Shown here piece after piece: positions 48,707-58,267 of a stretch of 64,000 nt of DNA; within the stretch, counting starts at the first letter, position 1, and each line of letters begins with the position of its first letter. Below the pieces are notes generated by a model. The model did not search any database. It was given only the letters and a program-made list of their open reading frames with translations, and was not told the origin of the DNA. This DNA is from Alphaproteobacteria bacterium (GTDB lineage: Bacteria; Pseudomonadota; Alphaproteobacteria; MPNO01): the NCBI GenBank assembly GCA_965248835.1, contig CBDFLJ010000001.1:1856001-1920000 (forward strand). Direction: 5' to 3'. A program made the position numbers and the translations under genes.

Positions 48707-49414
48707 CCCAAGGTCTGCATCCCGTCTCCCTCGATGCTGCATTTCCGCGGCGGACGCAAGGCGATCAGCGAAGAGGCCTATCCAGACATGGATGGGATCT
48801 ACGGCGATCTCGCTCGTGTCTACAACGAGGAAGTCATTTCGCTGGCCGCCCTCGGTCTGCGTTATCTGCAACTCGACGACACCAACTTCGCCTATCTGTG
48901 CGACGACCAGATCCGGGAAGCGACCCGCGCTCTCGGCGAGGATCCGAACGAACTTCCGCACACCTACTGCAGCTTGCTCAACGAGGCGCTCGCGGGCCGG
49001 ACGGACGACATGGCAGTCACGCTCCATATGTGCCGCGGCAACCACCGCAGCGCCTGGGCCGCGCAAGGAGGCTACGAGCCGGTGGCCGAGGTCATTTCCA
49101 ATGAGTTCGACGTGGACGGGTTCTTCATGGAATACGACGACGAACGGTCGGGCGACTTCGCGCCGCTCCGGTTCCTGCCGAAGGGCAAGACCGTGGTGCT
49201 CGGGATCGCGACGTCGAAACGCCCGGCGCTCGAATCGGCGGACGATCTCAAGCGCCGGATCGACGAAGCCGCCAGGTTCGCACCCCTCGAACAGCTCGCG
49301 GTCAGCGCCCAGTGCGGATTTTCATCGACCGTGGACGGCAACGATCTGACCGTCGACGACCAGCGGGCCAAGCTGCAACGGCTGGTCGAAGTCGCGGAAG
49401 ACGTCTGGGGGTAG
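48701..49414 (+). pseudogene. 5'-truncated cobalamin-independent methionine synthase (MetE C-terminal/YxjH-like)
   Basis: PKVCIPSPSMLHFRGG, YLQLDD, HMCRGN, FMEYDDERSGDF, SAQCGFSS; N-terminal part and start missing. Confidence 0.85.
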
Positions 49415-49665
49415 CGCGCGCCTCGCCGGCGAAGACCGGGGTCGGCTTCAGCCCGTTCCCCGATGATTTCGGTCGAGGAAATCCAGCGTTCGTTCCCGTG
49501 ACTTCAGCGCGGCCGTCTCGACATGCACCATCGGTGGAGGGTGCTTCGCGGCAAGTCAGGATCGATTGCTCCTTCGTATCGGGCATCACGGAGCTCGGCG
49601 GCGCGCTGGGTCATGCGCGGTCTCGGCTGGATCGACACGATAGAAAGCGCAGGGGATCCCGGCGC

Positions 49666-50907
49666 CTACGCCTTTTCTGCACGGGCGGAGGAGGAGGCTG
49701 GGGCGGCGGCGGCGGCCGGTCCGGGCGGTCTGGCTGTTGCGCCTCCGCCGACGGCCAGCGCGCCGGCCATGATCAGCGCCAGACCGACAAAGGCCTCGAC
49801 CGGCAGTCGTTCGCCGAGCACCGCCGCACCCAGGGCGACGGCGACCACCGGAAAGAACAGCGGCACGATGGAGCTGCGGGTGGCGCCGACGCGTCGGACG
49901 ACCACGAAATAGAGGCTCATGGCGATCGCCGTGCAGAAGACGCCGGTGACCAGTATGGCGCCGATCGCCCCCGTGCTCGGGTTCAGGCTGAGCGGCGCCT
50001 CCGCCTCCGCCGCGAACGCCAGCGGCACCAGGATCACCGCGCCGACGGCTACGAAGAACACCCGCGCCGTACTGCCCAGCCCTTCGAGCACGCTTTCTTT
50101 CAGAACCTGGTAGGTCATGCGGCGTTGGAGGACGGCGATGACGAGTGCCACGAACGCGCCGGCCTCGGTCGGCGTCACGATGCCGAGATAGAGCCCGCCG
50201 ATGACGCAGAAGACCAGGACCCCGATCGGCCATACCTCGGCCAACGCACGCCACCGCTCACCCCAGGTGACGGTGTCCTCGAACGGCGGTGCCAGCTCCG
50301 GACGCAGCTTGCAGCGCACGATGATCATCGCCGCGTAGACCAGCGCGGTCATCAGCCCGGGCAAGACGCCGGCGATGAACAGCTTGGAAATCGAAACCTC
50401 GGCGAAGATGCCATAGAGCACGAAGCCGATTGACGGCGGGATCATCGCCCCCAACGTTCCGGCGCTGGCGACGACGCCGGTCGCCAGCCCCTTGTCGTAG
50501 CCGTAGCGCGCCATCTCGGGGATGGTGATGCGGCCCATAGCCGCGGCGGTGGCGATCGACGAACCGGAGGCGGCGGAGAATCCCGCGCAGGCGAAGTTGG
50601 CGGCGACCGAGAGCCCGCCCGGCAATCCGCCGAGCCACACACGCCCGGCGCGGAACAGCGCCGCGCTGATGCCCGAATGGTGGGCCACCGCGCCCATCAG
50701 CAGGAACATCGGGATCGCGGAAAACGACCAATGGGCGGCGAAGTCGAACGGCTCGGTCTGCAACATGCCCGCGGCCACGCTCCAGCCCTTGAGCTCGCCG
50801 ATGCCGACCATGGAGACCAGCAGCAGAGCCAGCCCGATCGGAAACTGGAGCGCGATCAGCACCAGCAGCGCGGCGAGCGCCCCGAAACCGAGCTCGAGCG
50901 GCGTCAC
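49666..50907 (-). CDS. In-frame chimera: TRAP DctM N-terminal part fused to the C-terminal half of an EamA/DMT transporter
   Basis: AIPMFLLMG, SGSSIATAA, GTLGAMIPPS, GIVTPTEAGA (DctM), then from about 50040 GVFCTAIA..LYF..VRRVGATRSS, LGE (EamA). Confidence 0.8.
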   Translation of the reverse strand: MTPLELGFGALAALLVLIALQFPIGLALLLVSMVGIGELKGWSVAAGMLQTEPFDFAAHWSFSAIPMFLLMGAVAHHSGISAALFRAGRVWLGGLPGGLSVAANFACAGFSAASGSSIATAAAMGRITIPEMARYGYDKGLATGVVASAGTLGAMIPPSIGFVLYGIFAEVSISKLFIAGVLPGLMTALVYAAMIIVRCKLRPELAPPFEDTVTWGERWRALAEVWPIGVLVFCVIGGLYLGIVTPTEAGAFVALVIAVLQRRMTYQVLKESVLEGLGSTARVFFVAVGAVILVPLAFAAEAEAPLSLNPSTGAIGAILVTGVFCTAIAMSLYFVVVRRVGATRSSIVPLFFPVVAVALGAAVLGERLPVEAFVGLALIMAGALAVGGGATARPPGPAAAAAPASSSARAEKA

Positions 50908-51390
50908 GAAGCCCGTCCGCGCACAGCGCGAAGCGAGTCGGCGATGCGATAGACCAGATAGACCGCCATCAGCGCCAGCTCGACCGGGATGAACCAGCGG
51001 CTGGGCCAGATCGTCACCAGGTCGTCGGCGGTCTCCCACTGTTCTTTCTCGAGCAGGCTCTGATAGGCCGCGGCAACGGTCTCCCAGGTGAACCAAGCCA
51101 GGAAACAGAACGAGATCACGCCGATCGCAACTTCCAGCCCGGCCAGCCGGCGCGGCGGCAGGCCGCGGGTGAACAGCTCGACCGTGATATGGCCTTCATG
51201 GTGGGTGACATAGGCCAACGGGAAGAAGGTCACCGCGACCATGTAGTAGCCCGAGACGATCCCCGTGGTGCCGTCGAACGGGCTGTTAAACAGGACGCGC
51301 GCACCGACATCGGCCACGATGTGCGCCATCATCAGCAGCATCAAAACACCGCCGAGGAAAGTCAGCGCATTGATCGGCCTCTGGATCGTC
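50904..51390 (-). CDS. TRAP small permease DctQ (5' end possibly damaged)
   Basis: ADVGAR..FNSP, FFPLAYV...GHITVELF, IWPSRWFIP; in-frame TAG just upstream of the first helix. Confidence 0.75.
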
Positions 51391-51689
51391 TAGTGATCCG
51401 GTCGCAAGCCCCAGCCCCCTATAACCTTGGCCGGTGCGTCTGACCTTTGGCTATCTGCTCCATTATGCCGTCACTATAGGAGAGAACCACCAGCTTCGCC
51501 ATGCGGGCGATATCCCGAGGCATGTCCGCGGCAAGCTTTTTGCCGCGGCCGCCCCGTCGCACCGGTGAGGCCCTGGGCGAGGCGCACGGTCCGGCGATAA
51601 AGACGACGGTCGCGGGCCAGGATTGAACGTAACATGAACTTGAGGCGGGCGGGCCAGAACGCCCCGCCGGCCCGTGGCCGCCCGGTGTT

Positions 51690-52200
51690 GATGAGGGCGC
51701 TGCCGGGTCGTGGCGGCGGGGCCATCGTCGCCAGCGACAAACCGATGCGGGCGTGTCTCTTTGCGTGGCCGCGAATGGAGTGTTTCTCGAAGTTGAAGCC
51801 GTGATCGAGGCGACTCTTGATGCGCTCAAGGGCACTGCAGTGGTTGCAGCCGCGCCGCCACGAGGCAGAGCCGTAGGGCGTTGGTGAGAAGATGCGGCGG
51901 TCGTGTTTGGCCAGATCGACGCGCACGATGCGCCCGTAATCGCCGGCCTTCGAGCCGCCATCCCGCCTCACCGCATTCCGCGGCGCCCCTGGTCGCCGCA
52001 AGGGCTCGAAGCCGCACAGACTCAGCAAGGCCGGGTTGCGGCGCAACGCCGGCAACAGGGACTCGATCGAGAGCTGTTGAAACACCGCCCCGGCAACGCC
52101 TGCACGCCACAGCGCCGCGACCGTATAATCGTTGCGTCCGCTGCCCCCGCGCCGCCTCAAGCGCGGCGATCATGTGCCAGCGACAGATCCGGAACGCGCG
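51690..52200 (-). mobile_element. DDE transposase relic with a large internal deletion (family not assigned)
   Basis: N-terminal GRNDY.V.ALW...AG.VFQ..SIESL...L.RNP.L..LCGF joined to C-terminal YGRIVR...DRRIF.P.P.GS..W....SALERI.SRLD.GF.FE.H.IRG. Confidence 0.7.
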
Positions 52201-52236
52201 GTTGATTTGGTATGAGTCGTCCAGCAGAATGTGATA

Positions 52237-52350
52237 ATCTGGGATCTGTCGTTCCTGAACACGCGCCAGAGGCGCAGCAGTCCGGGCGAGAATGCGGCCT
52301 GGCTGTTCAAGCGCGACAACGTCTACGCGGGACGCCAGAGGGCCGAACAG
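52237..52350 (+). repeat. Decayed direct copy of the last 114 bp of the downstream amidohydrolase gene (53521-53634)
   Basis: Gap-free hand alignment, 18 mismatches in 114 nt. Confidence 0.88.
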
Positions 52351-52407
52351 GCTGCTCGGCCAACGCGATAGCATTTGCAGCAGTAATTGATCTGGAGGCC
52401 AGACACG

Positions 52408-53634
52408 ATGAACACGCCCGTCGATTCCAGCCGGTCGCTCCCGGAGATCACCGTCAGAACCGATACCCGCGACATCCTCGCCCATGCCTCGCACGCGGCG
52501 ACGAAGAAGGGTTTCAACGACATGCTGGTCGTCGATGTGGACGCCCATATCACCGAGACCGCGTTCTGGCCGGAGATCGTCGATCGCATCGACAGCGACG
52601 TCATCCAGCAGATGGCCAGATCCTTCCAGGACCGGGCCGGCTCGCCGCCCGGGCTGCTGAATTCCGTGCCGGGCATGGCCTTCCAGGACGTCTATGGCCG
52701 CATCCCGCATCAGCAGGGCCAGTATGAGCCGGTCGAGGCGACCGACGTCCATAAGCAGGTCACTTTGACCCGCCGGGCGATGGACTCGATGGGCATCGAT
52801 TACATGGTGGTCTTCCCGACGCCGATGCTGCTGCTCGGCACCCACCCGCAGGCCGAGGTCGAGGTCGAGCTTGCCTGGGCGTTCAACCGCTGGCTGACCG
52901 AAGAAGTGCTGCCCCAGGAACCGCGGATGAGGGGGCTGATGTACCTGCCCTTCAACACGCCGGAAGTTTGCCCCAAATTCGTCGAGGAGTTCAGCGACAA
53001 GCCGGGCGTGATGGGCTTCACCGTCACCAGCACGCGCTTCAAGGCGGTCCACCACAACTCTTACATGCCGCTCTACTCCGCGCTCGAGGAGCGCAGTTTA
53101 CCGCTTGCCTTCCACGCCGGGTTCAATTGGAACGACGGCTCGATGTCCCAGCTCAACCGGTTCCTGTCGATGCACGCGCTGTCCTTCGTGCATTGCAGCC
53201 TGATCCACATGACCAACTGGATCATCAACGGCCTGCCCGAGCGCTTCCCCAACCTGGACGTGATGTGGATTGAAAGCGGTCTCGCCTGGATCCCCTATTT
53301 GATGCAACGGCTGGATTCGGAATACATGATGCGCTCGTCGGAGGCGCCGCTGCTCAAGCGCAAGCCGAGCGAGTACATGAAGGAGATGTATTTCTCCAGC
53401 CAGCCGATGGAGGCCCAATCGCCCAAGCTGCTCGAGGGGACCTTTGAGGCGATCAATGCCGAAACCCAGCTCCTGTGGTGTTCGGACTGGCCGCACTGGG
53501 ACTTCGATTCACCGTCGGTGATCTGGGACCTGCCGTTCCTGAACGAGCGCCAGAAGCGCAACATTTTGGGCGAGAACGCGGCCCGGCTGTTCAAGCTCGA
53601 CAACCCCTACGCGGCACGCCAGGCGGCCGAATAG
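52408..53634 (+). CDS. Amidohydrolase_2 family protein
   Basis: VDVDAHITE, VFPT, AFNRWL, AFHAG, IESG, SDWPHWD, NAARLF; ATG 52408 after GGAGG. Confidence 0.9.
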   Translation: MNTPVDSSRSLPEITVRTDTRDILAHASHAATKKGFNDMLVVDVDAHITETAFWPEIVDRIDSDVIQQMARSFQDRAGSPPGLLNSVPGMAFQDVYGRIPHQQGQYEPVEATDVHKQVTLTRRAMDSMGIDYMVVFPTPMLLLGTHPQAEVEVELAWAFNRWLTEEVLPQEPRMRGLMYLPFNTPEVCPKFVEEFSDKPGVMGFTVTSTRFKAVHHNSYMPLYSALEERSLPLAFHAGFNWNDGSMSQLNRFLSMHALSFVHCSLIHMTNWIINGLPERFPNLDVMWIESGLAWIPYLMQRLDSEYMMRSSEAPLLKRKPSEYMKEMYFSSQPMEAQSPKLLEGTFEAINAETQLLWCSDWPHWDFDSPSVIWDLPFLNERQKRNILGENAARLFKLDNPYAARQAAE

Positions 53635-53787
53635 GTTTTTAGGCGGTCCGCTTCAGCAAGCGATCGATGAGATGGCCTCGGTATGTCGGACAGCCTGGCG
53701 GGCCAGCCAAATCAGCCGCTTATAGTGTCCGTCCCGAGGGGTCCCCGACACGGTGAGTGAATATCGCGCGCCGATCGGCATTGATGG

Positions 53788-55176
53788 TCAATCGGGCGTG
53801 TCAATCCCGCGCACCGCGTGCACCAGCCAATGCGCGTTCGCCACGATCCGATGGTCCCCACGAAAATAGCCGATCAGTTGGATACCCAGCGGCATGCCTT
53901 CGACGGAGAGAAGTGGCAGGTTGAGCGCCGGGCAGCCCAGGACCGATGACGGCTCTCCGTAGACCATGTCGCCCACCGGCATGCCGATCGGGGCCGGATC
54001 GATCTGGTTGAGGGTGATGAACCCGTCTACCCGGTGGATGAACGCCTGGTGCCGTGCGCGGAAGGCGATGCACCACTCCAGCGCCTTCGCGTAGTCCTCC
54101 GGTGTCAGCTCCCGACCGGCGACCACGCGTTCCTGCACGCGGGTGCTCAACAGGTCCCAATGGCGGTCGGCGTACATGGCGAGTGGCCAGCGCCCTTCGT
54201 AGGTCAGCATCAGGGCGATGACGTCGCGCAGAGCGATGAGGTCCTGCTCGTACGCTTCGATCTCTGGATCGTCCGTGCGGCAGACAATCTCGACCCCCGT
54301 GGCTGCAAGCCTATCGAGATAGTCTTCGAACGCGGCCCTGGTCGCCTCCGTGGTCGCGGCCCAGCCGGCCGTGTCGAGACGGATCACGCGGGTGGGTTTC
54401 TCGGGCCGCGGCAGCGTCGGCGGTCCGGCGAGGCTGGGATGGCCCGGATCGCCGCCGGCAATGCGCGAGACGCAATGCGATGTGATCCACATATCGGCCA
54501 GCGTCCCGGTGATGAAGCCGACATGGATCAGACTGGGTGCGGACGGGAAACCGCCCAGAGAGTTGATCGCGCCGAACGAGGCCTTCAGCGTGTAGGCGCC
54601 GCAATAGGCCGCGGGTCGCAGGATGGAGCCACGCACCTGCGAGCCGGTTGCAGCCGGCACCATGCGGGCGCCCACCGCTGCGCCGCTGCCGCTGGACGAG
54701 CCGCCGGGGGTGCGGCTGGTATCCCAGGGGTTGCGTGTCGGGCCCGGCCTGGCGAAGGCGAACTCGGTTGTGACGGTCTTGCCGATGATCGCGGCACCCG
54801 CTTTGCGCAGCGCATAGACGCAGGCGCCGTCCCAGCCCGACGACCGGTCCTCGAAGATGGGGCTGCCCACCTGCATGGGCATGTCCTCGGTCTCGTGGAC
54901 GTCCTTGATGGCGACCGGCAGGCCGTCGAGCTCGGTGAGCGGCCGGCCGTCCCGGTAGCGAGCCGTCGAGGCGTCGGCGGCCTTGCGCGCGCCGTCGAGG
55001 TTGAGCGTGACGAACGCCTTTACCGCGGGTTCACGCGCCTCGATGGTCTCGATGCAGCGTTCCAGGTAGGCGCGCGGCGTGTCGTTCCCGTCCGTGAACG
55101 CGGGGACGGCGTCGCTGAACGAAAGCAGCGTGACGGTCTCGGGATCGTACGATTCGGTCTCCATGTCGTCGTTCAT
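53788..55176 (-). CDS. Amidase (amidase-signature family)
   Basis: GLPVAIKD, GKTVTTEFA, TPGGSSSGS, GSQVRGSILRPAAYCG, PLGIQL. Confidence 0.93.
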   Translation of the reverse strand: MNDDMETESYDPETVTLLSFSDAVPAFTDGNDTPRAYLERCIETIEAREPAVKAFVTLNLDGARKAADASTARYRDGRPLTELDGLPVAIKDVHETEDMPMQVGSPIFEDRSSGWDGACVYALRKAGAAIIGKTVTTEFAFARPGPTRNPWDTSRTPGGSSSGSGAAVGARMVPAATGSQVRGSILRPAAYCGAYTLKASFGAINSLGGFPSAPSLIHVGFITGTLADMWITSHCVSRIAGGDPGHPSLAGPPTLPRPEKPTRVIRLDTAGWAATTEATRAAFEDYLDRLAATGVEIVCRTDDPEIEAYEQDLIALRDVIALMLTYEGRWPLAMYADRHWDLLSTRVQERVVAGRELTPEDYAKALEWCIAFRARHQAFIHRVDGFITLNQIDPAPIGMPVGDMVYGEPSSVLGCPALNLPLLSVEGMPLGIQLIGYFRGDHRIVANAHWLVHAVRGIDTPD

Positions 55177-55242
55177 CGACGCCTCCCCCCTATTGGCTCG
55201 GAACAGCCCGGGGCCCGGCGCCCCGGACCCGGAATATGCTGC

Positions 55243-56217
55243 CTAATTCTTGGGCGGCCAGAGGCCCATTTCCTTGTAGAATTTGATCGCCCCCGGGTGA
55301 TATGGGTTGGAGTGCTTGGCCGCCATCTCGTTCGGCACCATGCGGTTGAACGGTCCGAACGCCAGGGCGAGAGCCTTCTTGTTATTGTAGAGCGTCTTGG
55401 TGGTCAGGTAGACAATCTCCTCGGGCACATGCGCGCCGGTGACTATGTAGAACTGCACCCGCATCATGGCCGTCGGCTCGACCACGCCGGTGTTGGTCTT
55501 CTTTGGCGGCACTATGTTGGGCTCGGCATAGGGTAGCACTTGGTGCATGCGCTGCGCGCCCTCCGGCGTCAGGTCGAAGGAAATGTAGCGCCAACCGTTC
55601 TTCATGGTGGCCATCGCCTTCTTGCCGGCGCCCGAGTTCAAGGGGATATACGCCGTATCCACCTTGCCTTGTGCCAGCGCATCGATGCCCCGGATGAAGG
55701 TCGGCACCGGAAAACGCCTAATGTCGTCGTAGCTCATCCGCTGGGTGGCCAGGATTCCGCCTGTGATGTAGTGGAAGATGCGTCCGCTGGTGTAGTCCGA
55801 TGGCACGCGCTTGCCCTTGAGATCGCTGATCTTGCGGATGGGCGAATCCTTGGGCACGGCGAACGTGCCGTTGATGCGGTACATCACCCCGACGTTGCGC
55901 AGCCCCGTGTTCGGCCGGCCCTTAAAGATCGCCGTTCCGTCATAGGCGAAGGCGGTCTCGCCTTGATTCGCGAAGCCGAAGTCGAGCTTCTTGGCGTGAA
56001 TCAGCGGCAAATAGGTCGAGGAGCCCCCGTAGGGCGCGACCCGGAACTGCAGCTTGCCTATCTGCGCCATCACCTTAGCCACGGCGGTGCCAGAAGCGAA
56101 AGCGAGCGAGCCTTGCGGATTGGTGCCGACGCTGTAGGTCTGCCCATGAGCCGTGACGCCGGACATGGCGACAGCGAAGCCGGCCATGGTTGCTAACGTG
56201 AACTTGCGCATAGTCAT
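55243..56217 (-). CDS. TAXI-family TRAP solute-binding protein
   Basis: Signal peptide, SVGTNPQGS, SPIRKISDLKGKRV, VYLTTK, PYHPGAIKFYKE; start may be 56211. Confidence 0.9.
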   Translation of the reverse strand: MTMRKFTLATMAGFAVAMSGVTAHGQTYSVGTNPQGSLAFASGTAVAKVMAQIGKLQFRVAPYGGSSTYLPLIHAKKLDFGFANQGETAFAYDGTAIFKGRPNTGLRNVGVMYRINGTFAVPKDSPIRKISDLKGKRVPSDYTSGRIFHYITGGILATQRMSYDDIRRFPVPTFIRGIDALAQGKVDTAYIPLNSGAGKKAMATMKNGWRYISFDLTPEGAQRMHQVLPYAEPNIVPPKKTNTGVVEPTAMMRVQFYIVTGAHVPEEIVYLTTKTLYNNKKALALAFGPFNRMVPNEMAAKHSNPYHPGAIKFYKEMGLWPPKN

Positions 56218-56254
56218 CCTCCCTCTGCGGTTCTATCAGTGACGCGGAACAATC

Positions 56255-58165
56255 TCATTCGCCCGTGCTCGGTGTCGGCGAAGGTCTGAGTCGGGCCCGA
56301 CGGGATACGATATACTCGCGTCCCAGAATCACCAGCCCGACTGCGGTGCCGGTGAAGGCGACGATGCCGCCGAGCCCGAACGCGGTGTCCGGCACCATGG
56401 CGACCAGGCCGACGACGGCGAGCACGAGCCGGCGCGCGATGTCCAGGGGACGGGTGAAGTAGCCCTCGACGGCGACCGCGACCAAGTAGACGCCAACCGT
56501 GGCGGTCGTCACGTTGACCGCTATTTGCCCAGCCTCGCCGTGCATGATCAGGGTGGGTGAAAGCACGAACAAGAACGGCACGACATAGGCGACCCAGCCG
56601 AGTTTCATCGCCATAAACCCGGTGCGCGTCGGATCCTCCCGAGACAGCGTTGCCGCGGCGAAGGCGGCAAGCGCGATCGGCGGGGTGATCATCGACATCA
56701 TGCCGAAGTAAAGGATGAAAACGTGCGCCGCCAGCGGCAGCACGCCGGCCTCGACCAGCGACGGTGCGACCAACGCGGCGAGCAGCACGTAGACACCCGA
56801 GGTCGGCATGCCCATACCCAACAGGATGCATATGCCCGCGGCGATCAGCAGCAGCACCGCAAGCTGGTCGCCGCCGAGCTCGATCAGGAACAGCGTCAGA
56901 GCGAACCCGCCGCCGCTGAGATTGAGGATACCGATCACGAAGCCCGCGGCCGCGACGATGACGTTGAGCTCGACCATCGCGATGCCGGTATCCCAGAATG
57001 TCGCGAAGAACTCGCGGAGTCGCAGCCGCTTGCCTTTGTAGGAACGAAGCGCACCGCCGACGGCGATGGTGGCGGCGGCGTATAGCGCAGCGATCTCCGG
57101 CTGGGTGTTGAGCTCGAACAGCGCGAAGATCAGCACCATGAAGGGGATGATGAAATGCCAACCTTCCTTGAGGACGGTTCGCGCGCTCGGCAGCGTGTCG
57201 GCAGCGGCGGTGATGTTGTCGCGCGCCGCGACCAAGTCGACCTGTACGAAGACGGCGAAGTAGTAAAGGAGCGCCGGGATCAGCCCGGCGATGATCACAT
57301 CGGTGTAGGGCAGCTCCAGGAACTCCGCCATCAGGAAAGCCGCCGCACCCATGATCGGCGGCATGAACTGACCGCCGGTCGATGCGATCGCCTCGATCGC
57401 TCCTGCCTGGACGCCGGAATAGCCGGAGCGCCGCATCAGCGGGATTGTGATGACCCCTGTCGTAGCGACGTTGGAAACCGCGCTGCCCGAGATCGAACCG
57501 AACAGCGCCGACGCCACCACCGAGATCTTCGCCGCGCCGCCACGTCGGCGGCCCATAGTCGCCATCGCAAGGTCTGTGAAGAACTCGCCGCCGCCGGTCT
57601 TGAACAAGAGCTGGCCCAAGAATATGAACAAGATCACGATGGTGACCGAAACGCTGAGCGCCGCGCCCAGAAGCGCGCTCGGGTCGAAGCCCAGATAGAT
57701 CGGCAGCTCGGCGACCGAGATTGAGCGGCCGGTCAGCGGCGCGGGCACCAGATGTCCGACCATTGCGTAGCCGATGAACCCGAGCACGATGAAGAACAGG
57801 AACAGCCCTGCGGTGCGCCTCAATGCCTCCATGACCAGCACCACGATGACGCAGCCCATCACCAGCATCTCCGGCGGGCCGAATGGCTGCTCGCGCAGGA
57901 AATAGGCGTACCAAATCGCAATCGAAAACAGGACCACCGGCGCGATCAGGGCCACAACCCAGTCGTACCAAGGCACGCGCCTGGCATTGCTGCGATCAGC
58001 GCGGGTCAGCAGATACACCGTCGTAAGCGTCAACCCGGCGGCCACTGCCAGGAACTGCTCCTTGTACAGCGCGATGCCCAAATAGGACGGTATCTGCAGG
58101 GCGAGCAGCAGCGAGAAAAGGGTCATCAACCCGGCGCAGGCTCGCGCGCTGTAGAGCCCTAGCAA
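56255..58165 (-). CDS. TRAP fused 4TM/12TM permease (TAXI type)
   Basis: EALRR, GGAAKISVVAS.LFGSISGSAVSNV, ASTGGQFMPPIMGA, GMGMPT, ITPPIALAAF; start uncertain. Confidence 0.92.
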   Translation of the reverse strand: MLGLYSARACAGLMTLFSLLLALQIPSYLGIALYKEQFLAVAAGLTLTTVYLLTRADRSNARRVPWYDWVVALIAPVVLFSIAIWYAYFLREQPFGPPEMLVMGCVIVVLVMEALRRTAGLFLFFIVLGFIGYAMVGHLVPAPLTGRSISVAELPIYLGFDPSALLGAALSVSVTIVILFIFLGQLLFKTGGGEFFTDLAMATMGRRRGGAAKISVVASALFGSISGSAVSNVATTGVITIPLMRRSGYSGVQAGAIEAIASTGGQFMPPIMGAAAFLMAEFLELPYTDVIIAGLIPALLYYFAVFVQVDLVAARDNITAAADTLPSARTVLKEGWHFIIPFMVLIFALFELNTQPEIAALYAAATIAVGGALRSYKGKRLRLREFFATFWDTGIAMVELNVIVAAAGFVIGILNLSGGGFALTLFLIELGGDQLAVLLLIAAGICILLGMGMPTSGVYVLLAALVAPSLVEAGVLPLAAHVFILYFGMMSMITPPIALAAFAAATLSREDPTRTGFMAMKLGWVAYVVPFLFVLSPTLIMHGEAGQIAVNVTTATVGVYLVAVAVEGYFTRPLDIARRLVLAVVGLVAMVPDTAFGLGGIVAFTGTAVGLVILGREYIVSRRARLRPSPTPSTGE

Positions 58166-58267
58166 GCCACTCCCCTTTGCGCCTGCCCGAAGAGAGCCGC
58201 AATTAGGCCGCCTTGTCTGGATCCAGCCGATCCGAAGAGACCGAGGAACGCCATTGCTCGCCGCCCT

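Noticed and set aside
49460-49530. Dienelactone-hydrolase-like tail (AALKSRERTLDFL) on the minus strand
   Set aside because: Too short to distinguish from chance without a search.
52237-53634. Diversity-generating retroelement TR/VR pair
   Set aside because: Mismatches are not adenine-specific (only 2 of 18 are at A in the upstream copy) and no reverse transcriptase is present.
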